Shown here: in pieces, positions 8,870 through 9,749 of the stretch
Layout: the number at the start of each line of letters is the position of its first letter
Numbering within the stretch: the stretch's first letter is position 1
Assembly (NCBI GenBank): GCA_037447605.1
Contig: JBBHKD010000085.1
Location: 1 to 9,749 of the forward strand
Source of the DNA: Zygnema circumcarinatum SAG 698-1b
Lineage: Eukaryota; Plantae; Zygnematophyceae
DNA: 9,749 bases
Direction of reading: 5' to 3'
The notes under the pieces: generated by a model
Told to the model about the DNA's origin: nothing
Databases searched by the model: none
The model's input: the letters and a program-made list of their open reading frames with translations, nothing else
Translations under genes and position numbers: made by a program

Positions 8870-9749
8870 TACATAACTTTTTTGTCTTTTACTCTTTTGC
8901 ACCGAAATTTCTCAGCGTCACTCTACAGTGAGTCCGCCGTATGCACAAAAAGTTTGAGTCAATTAAGCGTTCTCCCTATTCAGATATGGACGTTTTTGTG
9001 ACACGTGCAATAGGTTGCGTTCCTATACACGTCCACTCCGTTATACATAACGTTTTTGTCTTTTACTCTTTTGCACCGAAATTTCTCAGCGTCACTCTAC
9101 AGTGAGTTCGCCGTATGCACAAAAAGTTTGAGTCAATTAAGCGATCTCCCTATTCAGATATGGACGTTTTTGTGACACGTGCAATAAGTTGCGTTCCTAT
9201 ACATGTCCACTCCGTTATACATAACTTATTTGTCTTTTACTCTTTTGCACCGAAATTTCTCAGCGTCACTCTACAGTGAGTCCGCCGTATGCACAAAATG
9301 TTTGAGTCAATTAAGCGTTCTCCCTATTCAGATATGGACGTTTTTGTGACACGTGCAATAGGTTGCGTTCCTATACACGTCCACTCCGTTATACATAACT
9401 TTTTTGTCTTTTATTCTTTTGCACCGAAATTTCTCAGCGTAACTCTACAGTGAGTCCGCCGTATGCACAAAAAGTTTGAGTCAATTAAGCGTTCTCCCTA
9501 TTCAGATATGGACGTTTTTGTGACACGTGCAATAAGTTGCGTTCCTATACATGTCCACTCCGTTATACATAACTTTTTTGTCTTTTACTCTTTTGCACCG
9601 AAATTTCTCAACGTCACTCTACAGTGAGTCCGCCGTATGCACAAAAAGTTTGAGTCAATTAAGCGTTCTCCCTATTCAGATATGGACGTTTTTGTGACAC
9701 GTGCAATAAGTTGCGTTCCTATACATGTCCACTCCGTTATACATAACGT
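8870..9749. repeat. Highly homogeneous satellite block (5 exact-length 174-bp monomers, 0-5 substitutions each)
   Basis: Monomer starts at 8875, 9049, 9223, 9397, 9571 and 9745 are exactly 174 bp apart, with only point differences from the consensus. Confidence 0.92.

Larger units (their letters stand above)
3674..9744. repeat. Probable pentameric higher-order repeat (5 x 174 = ~870 bp) with units starting at ~3674, 4542, 5405 (4-mer), 6102, 6978, 7839, 8702 and 9571
   Basis: Two independent SNPs are phased: monomer position 156 (CA[C/T]GTCC) follows T-C-T-C-C from 4542 onward, and position 18 (TTTA[C/T]TC) follows C-C-T-C-T from 3674 onward. Confidence 0.7.
430..9749. repeat. Tandem satellite DNA array, 174-bp monomer, about 54 head-to-tail copies, running off the right end of the window
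   Basis: The anchor AACTTTTTTGTC or a variant recurs at 598, 765, 1088, 1262, 1439, 1608, 1779, 2278, 2624, 2798, 2973, 3150, 3327, 3501, 3674, 3848, 4022, 4196 and onward to 8875, 9049, 9223, 9397, 9571, 9745. Spacing is exactly 174 bp in clean stretches. All copies are in the same orientation. The left boundary is approximate (370-440). Confidence 0.98.

Noticed and set aside
679-9001. The remaining listed ORFs on either strand as real genes
   Set aside because: They are translations of the same monomer in different frames, bounded by repeat-encoded stops and indels, with no recognisable homology or gene context.
430-9749. CRISPR array (conserved repeat plus variable segments)
   Set aside because: The unit is 174 bp and homologous along its whole length. 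Many copies are fully identical, so there are no unique spacers, and the variable parts are mutated versions of the consensus. There is no leader and there are no cas genes.
430-9749. Assignment to a named satellite (alpha satellite, CEN178, Fcr1) or to 5S rDNA or tRNA tandem arrays
   Set aside because: Only the length is similar. I recognise no diagnostic sequence, there is no canonical CENP-B box, and there is no 5S internal control region or tRNA cloverleaf. A database search is needed.
430-9749. Mobile element (MITE, Helitron or LTR) containing the repeats
   Set aside because: No terminal inverted repeats, target-site duplication, 3' hairpin-CTRR end or transposase/RT coding sequence is visible. 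An origin from such an element cannot be excluded from this window alone.

Overview
This window is almost entirely a head-to-tail tandem satellite array, most likely eukaryotic. I see no credible protein-coding gene, RNA gene, transposon or CRISPR array. Positions 1-~375 are a low-complexity pyrimidine-rich flank (about 80% C+T). From ~430 to the end there are about 54 copies of a 174-bp monomer (41% GC, 10 CpG). The consensus, present exactly at 3848-4021, is AACTTTTTTGTCTTTTACTCTTTTGCACCGAAATTTCTCAGCGTCACTCTACAGTGAGTCCGCCGTATGCACAAAAAGTTTGAGTCAATTAAGCGTTCTCCCTATTCAGATATGGACGTTTTTGTGACACGTGCAATAGGTTGCGTTCCTATACACGTCCACTCCGTTATACAT. I do not recognise the family or the organism. The main hidden structure is a 5-monomer (~870 bp) higher-order repeat (HOR), visible from phased SNPs between ~3674 and 9744, with one 4-monomer truncated unit. 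Indel-rich, G-to-A-biased diverged patches are overlaid on this HOR without following its phase. They may be real hypermutation or conversion tracts, or base-calling noise from a long read, and the sequence alone cannot decide. All listed ORFs are by-products of the repeat or of low complexity. All counts were made by eye.
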